A stretch of 64,000 bases of DNA from Candidatus Moraniibacteriota bacterium (GTDB lineage: Bacteria; Patescibacteriota; Minisyncoccia; Moranbacterales; UBA2206): the NCBI GenBank assembly GCA_049303795.1, contig JBAQNM010000005.1, positions 121,597 through 185,596 of the forward strand, in the 5' to 3' direction. The position numbers were made by a program, and so were the translations under genes. Each line of letters opens with the position of its first letter. Position 1 is the first letter of the stretch. Under the pieces are notes generated by a model. It had not been told where the DNA came from. It saw nothing but the letters and a program-made list of their open reading frames with translations, and made no database searches. Shown one piece after another: positions 37,447-47,916 of this stretch.

Positions 37447-38451
37447 TTATAGTTGATTAATTTTAACTTCTTTATTTTTTTCTAAAATACTTTCTTCATT
37501 CAATAATCCCTCAATTGCACCATAATGTTCAACTACGCTAGCACTATTAGTAATTCCCCATCTCAAACAATCAGAAACTTCCATGCGTTTAAGATACGCC
37601 GCTAAAAATCCACTACAAAATCCATCGCCAGCACCAGTAGAATCAATAGCATTAACTTTAAAAGCTGCTGCATAAAAAATTTCGGTTTCTTTATTTGCCC
37701 AAGCACCATTTTCTCCATCTGTTAATATTATAATTTTCGCCCCAAGCTTCTTTAGTTCTTTTATTAAAAACTTCTCGTCGTTCATTTCTTCAACAGAAAA
37801 AGCTCTCTCCATGCTAGAGATAATTTCAATTGCTTCATCTTTATTCACAAAAACAATCTCACAATTTGAAATAGTTTTAATCACTTCTTCTGAGTTTTCT
37901 TTTATATAAACTTCTCGCGGATTAAAGGCTATTTTTTTATTTTCCGCTTTTGCTATTTCTATAATCGAACTAACCTGTTCTTTCCAGTCGCCATGAACAT
38001 CGCTTATAAAAAACCATTCAGCCTCCCCAAACCTATCCTTATCCAAATTTAATTTTCCGCTGGAATTCTTATTGGTGAAAATAATCCTATCCGCGCTTTT
38101 TTCATCTACTATAATCGCCGACAAATCACTCATCTTACCCTCTTCTTTTTTTATAAAATCTGTTTTGATGTTGTTTTTTTCCAATTCCTCGATCACCCAG
38201 TTTCCAACTAAATCATCTCCGACATTTGAAACACAACTTGATTCCACTCCAAGTCTAGAAAGTCCCACTGCAACATTTGCTGCACATCCCCCAAGCATTT
38301 CATACCTCTCTTTTATTCTTATTTTCGCCCCCAATTCATATGCCACTTTCTTTTGACTCATTATATCCTCAGGTGTTTCAATAATCTTCCCCTCATTAGT
38401 AGGAAAAAATATGTCTTTTCCTGCTGAACCAAAACAAATTATTTTATTCAT
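37447..38451 (-). CDS. PfkB-family carbohydrate/nucleoside kinase
   Basis: Ribokinase-like fold with C-terminal DSTGAGDGF anion-hole motif. Confidence 0.7.
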   Translation of the reverse strand: MNKIICFGSAGKDIFFPTNEGKIIETPEDIMSQKKVAYELGAKIRIKERYEMLGGCAANVAVGLSRLGVESSCVSNVGDDLVGNWVIEELEKNNIKTDFIKKEEGKMSDLSAIIVDEKSADRIIFTNKNSSGKLNLDKDRFGEAEWFFISDVHGDWKEQVSSIIEIAKAENKKIAFNPREVYIKENSEEVIKTISNCEIVFVNKDEAIEIISSMERAFSVEEMNDEKFLIKELKKLGAKIIILTDGENGAWANKETEIFYAAAFKVNAIDSTGAGDGFCSGFLAAYLKRMEVSDCLRWGITNSASVVEHYGAIEGLLNEESILEKNKEVKINQL

Positions 38452-38471
38452 AAAATCTAAAAAATATTTGA

Positions 38472-40028
38472 TTATCTTAAGAGTGACTCTCTATCCATTA
38501 TTTGTGGTTTTTCAATTTCTAATATCTCTAAAATTGTTGGAGCAATATTACCAAGCACCTCGTTATTTTGTAATTTTAATTTTTTAAATTTATCACTAAT
38601 CAAGAGAAATGGTACTGGATTTTTTGTGTGAAAAGTATAGGCTTGATTTTCCTTTTCATCAAACATTTTCTCTGCATTCCCATGATCAGCTGTGATAATC
38701 ATATTGCCTCCTTGTTTTAAAACTTCCTTAGCTAATACCTCTATTTGTTTATCTAAAATTTCACAAGCCTTAACTGTAGCTCCGAGATCGCCCGTATGTC
38801 CAACCATATCGGCATTAGCAAAATTGACAGCGTAAAAATCATAAGCTTCTTTTCGTAGGCCATTCATGATGTAGTCAGTTATTTTTGGTGCTGACATTTG
38901 AGGCATCTTAGCATAGGAATCAATCTTCGGAGAAGGAATCATGACGCGATCTTCATCATCAACCGGATCGGCATAGCCACCATTAATAAAGTAGGTTATG
39001 TGAGCAAATTTTTCTGTCTCAGCAATGTATAATTGCTTTCTTTTGCCCAAAATCATTGGCAGTGTTCCTAATAATTTTTGATCATCCCAGACAGTATGCA
39101 AATCAAGATCGGGTCCAAAATTAGTCAGTGCTACAAAATATAGATTTTTAATATGATCAATTATTGGCATATCATCATTAATAATAGATTTCATATTATA
39201 AGCAACGAATAATTTTGAAAATTGACGAGCACGATCTGACCTCAGATTAAAGAAAATAATACTATCATTTTCTTTCACCTTCGCCACTGGCGCATTATTT
39301 TCACAAATTACATTTGGTAAGATATATTCATCCGTAAGACTTTCCTTGTAAGCTTTCTCGATGGCCTCCTCTGGGCTACTCGCTATTTCTCCTCGAGAAA
39401 AAACCATTGCATCATATGCCTTTGTCAGTCTATCCCAATTTTTTGAACGATCCATAGCATAAAATCTTCCACCTAAAGTTGCAATTTTTCCAATTCCAAT
39501 TTCAGCTATAATTTTCTTGTAATATTTCAAATGCGTTAGGGCACTTCTTGGATATGAATCTCTCCCATCAGTAAAGAGATGGCAATAAACTTCTTTAATT
39601 CCATTTTCTTTAGCCAATTTCAAGATTGCCCTAAAATGAATTGGGTCGCTATGCGGACTATCGGAATCACCCATTAGCCCCATTACATGAAAATTTCCAC
39701 CATTTTCTTTTGCATGTCGGATAGACCCAATTAACGCCGGGTTTGTAAAAAAACTTCCATCCTCAATACTTTTTGTTATATAATAACTATCTTGAGGTAC
39801 AATTCTTCCAGCTCCAATATTCATATGCCCCGATTCCGATCCACTCATCTTATTGTCTGGCAATCCGACATCTTTCCCTGTTGCTCCAAGCTGGGTGCTT
39901 GGATAGATTTCAAATAAACGATCAAGTATTGGTCTTTTTGACAAAGTTATTGCATTATATCTACTTTTAGGTGCAATTCCATAGCCATCAAGGATAACTA
40001 GTAATGTAGGTACTTTTTTGTTATTCAT
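38472..40028 (-). CDS. gpmI: 2,3-bisphosphoglycerate-independent phosphoglycerate mutase
   Basis: 518-aa ORF starting LLVILDGYGIAPKSRYNAI, metalloenzyme superfamily motifs (DGRD, HGNAE). Confidence 0.9.
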   Translation of the reverse strand: MNNKKVPTLLVILDGYGIAPKSRYNAITLSKRPILDRLFEIYPSTQLGATGKDVGLPDNKMSGSESGHMNIGAGRIVPQDSYYITKSIEDGSFFTNPALIGSIRHAKENGGNFHVMGLMGDSDSPHSDPIHFRAILKLAKENGIKEVYCHLFTDGRDSYPRSALTHLKYYKKIIAEIGIGKIATLGGRFYAMDRSKNWDRLTKAYDAMVFSRGEIASSPEEAIEKAYKESLTDEYILPNVICENNAPVAKVKENDSIIFFNLRSDRARQFSKLFVAYNMKSIINDDMPIIDHIKNLYFVALTNFGPDLDLHTVWDDQKLLGTLPMILGKRKQLYIAETEKFAHITYFINGGYADPVDDEDRVMIPSPKIDSYAKMPQMSAPKITDYIMNGLRKEAYDFYAVNFANADMVGHTGDLGATVKACEILDKQIEVLAKEVLKQGGNMIITADHGNAEKMFDEKENQAYTFHTKNPVPFLLISDKFKKLKLQNNEVLGNIAPTILEILEIEKPQIMDRESLLR

Positions 40029-40044
40029 CTTAATAATATTTTAT

Positions 40045-41304
40045 CTAACTTAACTCTTCTTCTATTTTGAGCAAACGATTATATTTACAAATTCTTTCTC
40101 CTCTTGAAAGTGACCCGGATTTCATATATTCGGCGCCTGCCCCAACTGCCAAGTCAGCGATAAAATCATCAGTCGTTTCTCCACTACGATGGGAGACTAC
40201 CGTTTTCATTTTATTCTTCTTAGCCAACTTCATACAATCAATCGCCTCGGTCAATGTTCCAGCTTGATTAACTTTAATGAGCACTGCGTTACAGCTATCA
40301 TCCCCCTTTAATGCAATCTTTAATCTTTCAACCTTAGTGACCAAAAGATCATCCCCAATATTCACAACATTACCCCCTATCTTTTTATTCATTGCTCGCC
40401 AACCATCCCAATCATTTTCATTTAGACCATCTTCAACTGAAATCACATTATATTTTCCAATCCATTCTTTATAAATATTAACTAGCATCTCTCGAGTGAG
40501 CATTGAATTTTCTGGTTTAAAAATATATTTCTCTTCTTTTTCATCATAAAAAGAATTAGCCGCTGCATCTATACCGATACCGATTTCATTACCTTTCTTA
40601 TACCCTGCTTTTTCTATTGCGTTATTTATTATTTCCAAGGCCTGTGAATTACTTTCCAGTTTTGGGGCAAATCCGCCTTCATCACCAACTCCTACGGAGT
40701 ATCCCTCTGAAGAAAGTATTTTTTTAAGCTCATGAAAAATTTCACTGCCTGCTCGAAGCTGTTCGCTGAATTTTTTTATTCCCCTTGGAATAATTTTAAA
40801 TTCCTGAATTGAAAGTCCGGAGTCACTATGTTTCCCTCCATTCAAAATATTAAACATCGGCACAGGAATTATAAATTTAGCTCCTTTTATTCTAAAAACT
40901 TTCCGAATATGCTTATATAAAGGAATTTTATTATCTATTGATGCTGCGCGACATACCGCCAAAGAGACTCCTAAAATTGCATTGGCTCCAAGATTAGACT
41001 CATTATCAGTTCCATCAAGCTCAATCATGAAATTATCAATTTTTTCCTGTTCATTAGCATCCATTCCTATAACTTTTTGAAGTTCTCCATTTACATTTCC
41101 TACTGCCATAAGAACACCTAGGCCGCCATAACGCTTCTGATCATTATCTCGAAGCTCCAGATCTTCATACGTTCCCGTGGACGCGCCACTTGGCACCGCC
41201 GCACTCGCACGCGCTCCTGACTCCAATTCAACGTCCACCTCTACTGTTGGATTCCCTCTCGAATCCAAAATTTCTCTTGCATAAATTTTTTTGATTTTTG
41301 ACAT
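40045..41304 (-). CDS. eno: enolase
   Basis: MSKIKKIYAREILDSRGNPTVEVDV N-terminus, 419-aa ORF. Confidence 0.95.
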   Translation of the reverse strand: MSKIKKIYAREILDSRGNPTVEVDVELESGARASAAVPSGASTGTYEDLELRDNDQKRYGGLGVLMAVGNVNGELQKVIGMDANEQEKIDNFMIELDGTDNESNLGANAILGVSLAVCRAASIDNKIPLYKHIRKVFRIKGAKFIIPVPMFNILNGGKHSDSGLSIQEFKIIPRGIKKFSEQLRAGSEIFHELKKILSSEGYSVGVGDEGGFAPKLESNSQALEIINNAIEKAGYKKGNEIGIGIDAAANSFYDEKEEKYIFKPENSMLTREMLVNIYKEWIGKYNVISVEDGLNENDWDGWRAMNKKIGGNVVNIGDDLLVTKVERLKIALKGDDSCNAVLIKVNQAGTLTEAIDCMKLAKKNKMKTVVSHRSGETTDDFIADLAVGAGAEYMKSGSLSRGERICKYNRLLKIEEELS

Positions 41305-41385
41305 ATTTTTTCAATCTAAACAAATTACAATTGTTTCTTAATTATACACTGATACCATTTTTAATACTAAATCATTCGACTTAAT

Positions 41386-42447
41386 TTATTTTTCTTTTAA
41401 AACTTCAATTCCAGGCATCGCACTTCCACTTAAATAATCCAGCATTGCGCCACCACCAGTAGAAACAAAATCAATTTTTTCCATTACACTATTACGCTCC
41501 AAAATTTCCAGCGTTTCCCCGCCACCAACTAATACATAAGCTCCGCTTGCCAAAACTGCTGCTAATATTTCGTTTGAGCTAGTAGCATATTTCTCTTCTT
41601 CAAATTTGCCAGTTGGACCATTCCATACAATCATCTTGGCTTGCATAATAATTTCTTTAAATTTCTCCAAAGTATTTGGTCCAATATCAAGACGATCATC
41701 AATAAAATCAACCGGCAAAATCACCTTGTCTGAAAATTCTATTTTTTCGTCCATCGCTTCATTAGCAATTTTTCCTCCTACTAAAATATGGTCGTATTTT
41801 TCTTCAAAAAATTTAATTACTGGCAATTTAGTTTCAATTTTAGCGCCACCAATAATTGCCACGGCGGGCGCTATTGGATGCTCCCTAACAATTGTCATTT
41901 CAGCCACTTCTTCTTGCAAGCGTAATCCGGCATAGCTAGGAATAAATTTGGTAATGCCAGTTACTGAAGCTTGATCACGATGAGAAACTGAAAAAGCATC
42001 ATTTACATAAATATCAAAACCTTCGGCTAACTTTTCAGCGAAATCACTATCATATTTTTCACCTTTTTCCACATCACCTTCTCCTGGATAAAATCTAACG
42101 TTTTCAAGCAGTAATGCATCGCCCTCTTTTAGAGAATCCATCCCCGCCTGAACACTATCACCGATACAGTCAGAAACAAAATCAACATTAACCCCCAGGG
42201 AATATTCCACATCCGTAGTAAGTTGTTTCATTGAAAATTCAGGCATAACTTTTCCTCCTGGTCGACCAAAATAAGAAAGTAGCGCTACCTTTGCTTTTTT
42301 ACTTAATAAATAATCCAATGATTCTTTAGCTGCTTTTATTTTGAAAGTTTCTTTCGCTCGTCCGTTCTCAATTGCCACATTGAAATCCACTCGTAATAAT
42401 ACCTTTTTGCCTGAAACATCGATGTCTTGAATTTTTCTAAGATTCAT
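41386..42447 (-). CDS. pgk: phosphoglycerate kinase
   Basis: VLLRVDFNV N-domain motif and GGGA..D hinge region. 353 aa. Confidence 0.9.
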   Translation of the reverse strand: MNLRKIQDIDVSGKKVLLRVDFNVAIENGRAKETFKIKAAKESLDYLLSKKAKVALLSYFGRPGGKVMPEFSMKQLTTDVEYSLGVNVDFVSDCIGDSVQAGMDSLKEGDALLLENVRFYPGEGDVEKGEKYDSDFAEKLAEGFDIYVNDAFSVSHRDQASVTGITKFIPSYAGLRLQEEVAEMTIVREHPIAPAVAIIGGAKIETKLPVIKFFEEKYDHILVGGKIANEAMDEKIEFSDKVILPVDFIDDRLDIGPNTLEKFKEIIMQAKMIVWNGPTGKFEEEKYATSSNEILAAVLASGAYVLVGGGETLEILERNSVMEKIDFVSTGGGAMLDYLSGSAMPGIEVLKEK

Positions 42448-42472
42448 AGATTTTCTTCTTTAAAGTTTTTAA

Positions 42473-43795
42473 TTATAAATTCTTATATAATGGAAATTTT
42501 TTGCAAAGATTTTTAACTTCTTGATGAATTTTTTTGAACTTTTTATTTTTTTCAATAAATACTCGGAATTTTTTTATAACCGCCTTGAAATCTTCTTTCT
42601 TTTCAGGAAATTGAAAATCTTTTATTTCTTCCATAACATCAGCAATCCAATCAGCTATTTTTTTCATTTCTTTTTCTTTCATTCCACGCACCGTAATAAA
42701 CGGCGTTCCAAGGCGCACTCCACTTGGATAAAACGGCGAAGAAGGATCAGAAGGAATTGTGTTTTTATTAAGTGTTATTCCAACAGCATCCAGCGCTTCT
42801 TGCAAAAATACTCCTCGACCCTTTCCGCAATCAATTAGCATTAAATGATTATCGGTTCCATTACTAACTAATTTTAACCCTCTTTTCATAAGTTCCGCCG
42901 CCATTACCTTGGCATTTTTCACTACTTGTTGCCCCCATTTTTTGAAAGATGGTTTCATTGCTTCACCAAGCGTTACTGCAATAGCTGCCGTTTGATGATC
43001 GTGTGGCCCACCTTGAAGACGAGGAAAAATAGCTTGATTGATTTTACTTCCAAGCTCTGGATCTTTTTTAAGACCCTTAGCAGTTACCAAAATCATTCCT
43101 CCACGAGGCCCGCGAAGAGTTTTATGCGTAGTCGTTGTAATAATATGCACATATTTAACTGGACTTTTATGCACTCCGGCAACAATCAATCCTGCAATAT
43201 GCGCGACATCAGCTGCCAAATATGCACCGACCTTATCTGCAATTTTGGAAAGTTTCTCAAAGGGAAATTCTCGTGCGTAAGCTGTTGCGCCAACCCAAAT
43301 TAATTTTGGCTTGTGTTTTATAGCTAGCCTTTCAATTTCTTCCAAATCTAAATAACCATCTAACTTCACATGATAGGCGATTGTATTATAAAACATACTG
43401 GTCGCACTAGATTTCCAACCATGAGTAAGATGACCACCATCAAGAAGATTTTGCCCCATTACCGTGTCCCCTGGCTGACAAACAGCGACGTAGACTGCAA
43501 GATTAGCGGGGCTGCCAGAATAGGGTTGAACATTAGCGAATGGAACGCCAAATAATTTCTTAGCGCGCTCAATAGCAATAGTTTCAATTATATCAACATT
43601 GGCTTGTCCGCCATAATATCTTTTATATGGGTATCCTTCACTATATTTATTCGTAAGCACTGTTCCAAGTGCTTCAATGACCGCTGGCGAGGCAGCAATT
43701 TCCGAAGGAATAAGTTCAAGCCCTTCTTCCTGTCTTTTCACTTCTGCCATTATAGCATTATAGATCTTGGGATCTTGTTTTTTTAGGTGTTTCAT
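42473..43795 (-). CDS. glyA: serine hydroxymethyltransferase
   Basis: PLP-lysine region TTTTHKTLRGPRGG and overall SHMT architecture, 440 aa. Confidence 0.9.
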   Translation of the reverse strand: MKHLKKQDPKIYNAIMAEVKRQEEGLELIPSEIAASPAVIEALGTVLTNKYSEGYPYKRYYGGQANVDIIETIAIERAKKLFGVPFANVQPYSGSPANLAVYVAVCQPGDTVMGQNLLDGGHLTHGWKSSATSMFYNTIAYHVKLDGYLDLEEIERLAIKHKPKLIWVGATAYAREFPFEKLSKIADKVGAYLAADVAHIAGLIVAGVHKSPVKYVHIITTTTHKTLRGPRGGMILVTAKGLKKDPELGSKINQAIFPRLQGGPHDHQTAAIAVTLGEAMKPSFKKWGQQVVKNAKVMAAELMKRGLKLVSNGTDNHLMLIDCGKGRGVFLQEALDAVGITLNKNTIPSDPSSPFYPSGVRLGTPFITVRGMKEKEMKKIADWIADVMEEIKDFQFPEKKEDFKAVIKKFRVFIEKNKKFKKIHQEVKNLCKKFPLYKNL

Positions 43796-43799
43796 ATTT

Positions 43800-44666
43800 T
43801 TAAATTTTTATTGTTTTTAAATAAGCTCTCAATTTATCACCAATCTCCGGATGCTTGAGACCTAAATAAATACTAACGCGAAGAAGATTAAATGGATCGC
43901 CGGTATCCAACCATTGTCCTTCTAGAATTTTTCCATAAAGAGGCTTTCCCTTTTTCATCATCATCTCAAATGCATCAATCAGACGAATCTCGCCAGAATT
44001 GCCGTGCTCAATTGTAGCTAAAACATCAAAAACTTCCGGAGTAATGATATACGCTCCAGGAGTCACGGTAAGCGCCGGGGCTTCCTCATTTTTAGGTTTC
44101 TCAACAAGCTGTTTAACCTCTATAGTACTTTCATCAAGTTTTATTCCTGAATAAACTCCAAATTTATGTACCTCTTCACGAGAAACTTCTGTAAGACCAA
44201 TAACCGGATCTTGATATTTGTCATAGGTATCCATAAGTTGTTTCACAATCGAAACTTTACTGTCATAGACAGTGTCGCCAAAAACAACTACCACTGGCTC
44301 ATTTCCAACTAAATGCGCGGCTTGCAAGACAGCGTGACCATCACCTAGTTGAAGTGACTGACGCACATAGGAAAATTTGGCCAGTTTTTGAATTTTTTTC
44401 AATTCTTCCAGCAGATCCGTTTTATTCTTTTCCGCCAATTTATCCTCAAGCTCATAAGCAATATCAAAATGATCTTCGATTGCGCGCTTACCACGACCAG
44501 TTACAAAAATAATTTCTTCAATTCCGGCCGCTACAACATTTTCAACGACATATTGCACTGCTGGCTTATTGAGCACGGGAAGCATTTCTTTTGGTTGAGC
44601 TTTAGTCGCTGGTAAGAATCTAGTTCCAAAGCCTGCCACCGGCAAAATTGCTTTTCTAATTTTCAT
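43800..44666 (-). CDS. galU: UTP--glucose-1-phosphate uridylyltransferase
   Basis: KAILPVAGFGTRFLPATKAQPKEMLPV N-terminal signature of GalU. Confidence 0.8.
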   Translation of the reverse strand: MKIRKAILPVAGFGTRFLPATKAQPKEMLPVLNKPAVQYVVENVVAAGIEEIIFVTGRGKRAIEDHFDIAYELEDKLAEKNKTDLLEELKKIQKLAKFSYVRQSLQLGDGHAVLQAAHLVGNEPVVVVFGDTVYDSKVSIVKQLMDTYDKYQDPVIGLTEVSREEVHKFGVYSGIKLDESTIEVKQLVEKPKNEEAPALTVTPGAYIITPEVFDVLATIEHGNSGEIRLIDAFEMMMKKGKPLYGKILEGQWLDTGDPFNLLRVSIYLGLKHPEIGDKLRAYLKTIKI

Positions 44667-44749
44667 ATTTTTTAAAATTAGCTTGTTATTTTAATTCTAC
44701 TATCCAATATAGTAAGCATATCAAATTTTACGACAAAAATCAAAAAAGC

Positions 44750-44778
44750 TAAAAAATCCCGACTAATCGGGATTTTTA
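44750..44778 (-). terminator. rho-independent terminator downstream of speH (bidirectional)
   Basis: aaaaAATCCCGActaaTCGGGATTttt: perfect 9-bp-plus stem, 4-nt loop, A-run and T-run flanks. Confidence 0.5.
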
Positions 44779-44801
44779 AAATACTACCTCTATTGAATTA
44801 C

Positions 44802-45206
44802 CTAGCAAATATTCTCCACTGGATATTTCGTACCTCTTTTTACAAAATTAGTCTCGACGTATTCTAGCTCAAAAACTTTTTTAAAATAATTCTCAATAAA
44901 TTCAACATCCATTCCGTTTCTACAAGTATAAACGTCTATACTAACAAATCGACGATGCGGAAAAGTATGAATACTAATATGGCTTTCTATAATCATAATA
45001 ATGCCAGACCAACCGCCTGGGTCCTTGGTATCATTCGGATCTGCCCATGCGACAATCGGTTCAATCATTGTCTTCATTCCTAATTTCTGCGGCAAATCTT
45101 TCAAGGAATTGAAAACCAAATCACGATCATTTAGTTTTTCAAAATTTCCCATGTAACCATCAAGCATCAGATGCTCTCCGAAATTACAAATTTTTGTTTC
45201 ATCCAT
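44802..45206 (-). CDS. speH: S-adenosylmethionine decarboxylase proenzyme (class 1, SpeH-type, pyruvoyl-dependent)
   Basis: ESHISIHTFPH self-cleavage and active-site motif of small AdoMetDC. 134 aa. Confidence 0.75.
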   Translation of the reverse strand: MDETKICNFGEHLMLDGYMGNFEKLNDRDLVFNSLKDLPQKLGMKTMIEPIVAWADPNDTKDPGGWSGIIMIIESHISIHTFPHRRFVSIDVYTCRNGMDVEFIENYFKKVFELEYVETNFVKRGTKYPVENIC

Positions 45207-45279
45207 CTTTTGAATTTTAAAATTAGATTAATTACCAAATTCCACTATAACTTACAGCAAAAAATGCTTTTTGTCAAGG

Positions 45280-46476
45280 TTATTGGGTAAAAGCGGTTGC
45301 TTGTTTATCAGTAATGTATGGAAATTCATCAATTAGTTCGCCCGAATAATAAAACTCATACGAAAGAGAACCGAAAGAATATGCACCATCACTGATAGTT
45401 ATTTTTGAACCGCCTACTTTCGGAGCAGGGTTTGGTTTGGATTGGGGAAATCCTACATTAAAAAGTGTACCGACAATCTCAGGACGATAAGCAATACTAT
45501 ATCCCGAACGCTCCCATTGCATCATCATTTCTTTCATATATATTGCGCCATAAAGATATGCGTAATAGTGATTTTTGTCATCAGTTAGGCGCGAAAAACG
45601 CTCTTGCGTTGGATTACCTGAATTTAAATCTAATAAATGTTCGTATTCAGGCCCTAAATAATATGGTGAAGATGCGTCTTTTAGATGGTTTTCCGTTTCA
45701 ATTGCTGTTGCCTCCTTAACCCCCATCACGCCAAGAGAAATTTTCGTGGCGTTACCAAGTATTTTCAATGGCTCAAAGAACTTTTTGAATAATTCCCTCT
45801 GTGAATGGAAAAGACGTAATTGCTCGACAATCAAAGCGGAGACAATTAAACGCGGTTCGATTCCAACTGCATTACCAACTTGAATAATCAAATCTTTATC
45901 TTTTAAAATACCACCCTTGATAGAAGCCCACTCTTCCTCATTTGCCCACTTAAAAACATTCTGGTTATTGCCAATCGAAGGGTCAATCTTTGATACTCCC
46001 TCCAAGGAATCGCCTTTCCTAGTGATATCTTCACAGTTTGCAATCTTATTTTGATACGCCGAATCATCTTTTAATCTAAGACTAACTGCGAGAATCATTT
46101 TTGAAATCAATGTGTCATTTTCCGTTTTTTGATAGACAGAAAGAATTTGTTCGGCATTTAAACCTGAAACCTTACTGATTGCATTTAATTTACAAAAATT
46201 TTCGTCTTTGATTCTTTTAATCAACCTCAGGTTTTCAATTTTATTTTCAATTTCTATATTTCCCAAATCATTTGTTTGACTATTACTAGCCTCTATTTTA
46301 GAAATTCTTTCACTTGCTTCTGCATTTTTTTGGAACCTATCATTATTCAGATCGACTAAGCCACCAGTATTTGTAATCCCATATTTTACAGACAAAAATC
46401 CGCATCCCAAAAAAACCAAATAACAAATTGCTAATATAGACAAAAATTTAACTGTTTTTATTAACTTATCTTTCAT
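45280..46476 (-). CDS. membrane-anchored exported protein of unknown function
   Basis: 398-aa ORF with an N-terminal TM helix and a large extracytoplasmic domain. No recognised motifs. Confidence 0.4.
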   Translation of the reverse strand: MKDKLIKTVKFLSILAICYLVFLGCGFLSVKYGITNTGGLVDLNNDRFQKNAEASERISKIEASNSQTNDLGNIEIENKIENLRLIKRIKDENFCKLNAISKVSGLNAEQILSVYQKTENDTLISKMILAVSLRLKDDSAYQNKIANCEDITRKGDSLEGVSKIDPSIGNNQNVFKWANEEEWASIKGGILKDKDLIIQVGNAVGIEPRLIVSALIVEQLRLFHSQRELFKKFFEPLKILGNATKISLGVMGVKEATAIETENHLKDASSPYYLGPEYEHLLDLNSGNPTQERFSRLTDDKNHYYAYLYGAIYMKEMMMQWERSGYSIAYRPEIVGTLFNVGFPQSKPNPAPKVGGSKITISDGAYSFGSLSYEFYYSGELIDEFPYITDKQATAFTQ

Positions 46477-46478
46477 TC

Positions 46479-46847
46479 CTATAGTCTTGCGTCTTCATTG
46501 ATTACAATTTTTTTCTTCAATGATCTTGCCCCCCTTCTTTTAAGATCTTTAATTTTGTCTTTATCTTTTACAATTTGAATGCTCAGCTCTTCACAAGCGA
46601 TATCAGCTGATCCCTCAATACTCTGAGATGTTTCTTCAGCACGATAAAGCTTATACGGTGTTTTAGTCATCAATTCAACGCGATACTTGCCTTTTTTATC
46701 CAGACTTATTTCAACATCAAATTCCAAAATATTTTTAATCAAACGATTAATTTTTCGAAGTCTTTTTTCAATATAACTTTCCGCTTTTTTATTTGAATCC
46801 ATTCCTTTAAACATCACTCTTATGACTTGTTTTTTTTCGATTACCAT
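46479..46847 (-). CDS. hpf: ribosome hibernation promoting factor / RaiA family (short form)
   Basis: 122-aa basic protein with the beta-alpha-beta-beta-beta-alpha pattern and conserved positions of the sigma-54 modulation protein family (VELMTK..., ...ADIACEELSIQIVKDKDKIKD). Confidence 0.6.
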   Translation of the reverse strand: MVIEKKQVIRVMFKGMDSNKKAESYIEKRLRKINRLIKNILEFDVEISLDKKGKYRVELMTKTPYKLYRAEETSQSIEGSADIACEELSIQIVKDKDKIKDLKRRGARSLKKKIVINEDARL

Positions 46848-46922
46848 AAACTTTGATCTCGCTAGAAAAGAAATAAATTTCTCCTAAAGCTTGATTATTA
46901 AAATTTAACTGCATCTAATTAT

Positions 46923-47858
46923 TTAAAAACCTACATATTGAACCTCTTCTTTTAACTCAACACCCAATTCATCTCTTACTTTCATTTTAATAAAACTTGC
47001 AAGTATTACAACATCTTGTGCTTTGGCACCACCCAAATTAACTAAAAAATTTGCATGCTCATGACTAATCATCACTTGACCGATTTTTTTACCACGAAGA
47101 CCAACCTCATCAATCAACCAGCCCGCAGGAATTTTTGAGTCACACGTTTTTTGACCAGTCTCTTTTTCAAACCTAGCAATAAGCTTCCCATCATCCACCT
47201 TTGGATTCTTGAAAAAACTACCCGAGCTTGACTCTTTCGGATTTGGATGAATTGACTTAGAGCGTTTTTCAATGATCTCCTTGACCTTTTTTTTAATCTC
47301 TTCTTCCTGGCCTTTTTCTAACCTTAAAATAACTGAAATTATAATTAAATCACCCTTCTCTTTGAAAATACTACTACGATATCCAAATTCGCAATTTTCT
47401 TTTTTATACTCCTTAATTTCACCCCCCACCTCCATTACCTTAACCAGCTCTATATTATTTGCGATTTCTCCGCCATGAGCACCAACATTTCCACGAATTG
47501 CACCACCGATTGTTCCAGGAATTCCCGCGGCCCATTCTAAGCCGGCCAGCGATTCTTTTATTGCCAAGCTTACCACTTCCGAAAGATTGATACCTGCCCC
47601 GCATTCTATCCTCTCATTTAAAACCTGACACGCCATATTTTGCATTCGAATAACCAAGCCATCAAAACCATCATCGCTAATCAGCAAGTTACTCCCACCA
47701 CCTAAAATAAAAACTTTTAAATCATTTTCTTTAGCATAATTCAAAGCCTCTCCTATTTCTTCCTCATTTTTAATCTCACAAAAAAATTTCGCCATTCCGC
47801 CAATACGAAAAGTAGTGAATTGCGCAAGAGGAACATTTTGTCTAATTAAAATTTTCAT
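46923..47858 (-). CDS. murB: UDP-N-acetylenolpyruvoylglucosamine reductase
   Basis: FAD-binding N-terminus (FTTFRIGGMAKFF...ILGGGSNLL) and C-terminal MurB domain. 311 aa. Confidence 0.85.
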   Translation of the reverse strand: MKILIRQNVPLAQFTTFRIGGMAKFFCEIKNEEEIGEALNYAKENDLKVFILGGGSNLLISDDGFDGLVIRMQNMACQVLNERIECGAGINLSEVVSLAIKESLAGLEWAAGIPGTIGGAIRGNVGAHGGEIANNIELVKVMEVGGEIKEYKKENCEFGYRSSIFKEKGDLIIISVILRLEKGQEEEIKKKVKEIIEKRSKSIHPNPKESSSGSFFKNPKVDDGKLIARFEKETGQKTCDSKIPAGWLIDEVGLRGKKIGQVMISHEHANFLVNLGGAKAQDVVILASFIKMKVRDELGVELKEEVQYVGF

Positions 47859-47916
47859 ATTTTTTACCCTTTTATGATTCTATTATACACCATATTTTAA
47901 AATCAAAAAACCCATT

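Noticed and set aside
41341-41346. Possible internal promoter (TG-TATAAT on the minus strand) upstream of eno.
   Set aside because: No acceptable -35 element at proper spacing. The gene is most likely co-transcribed with pgk.
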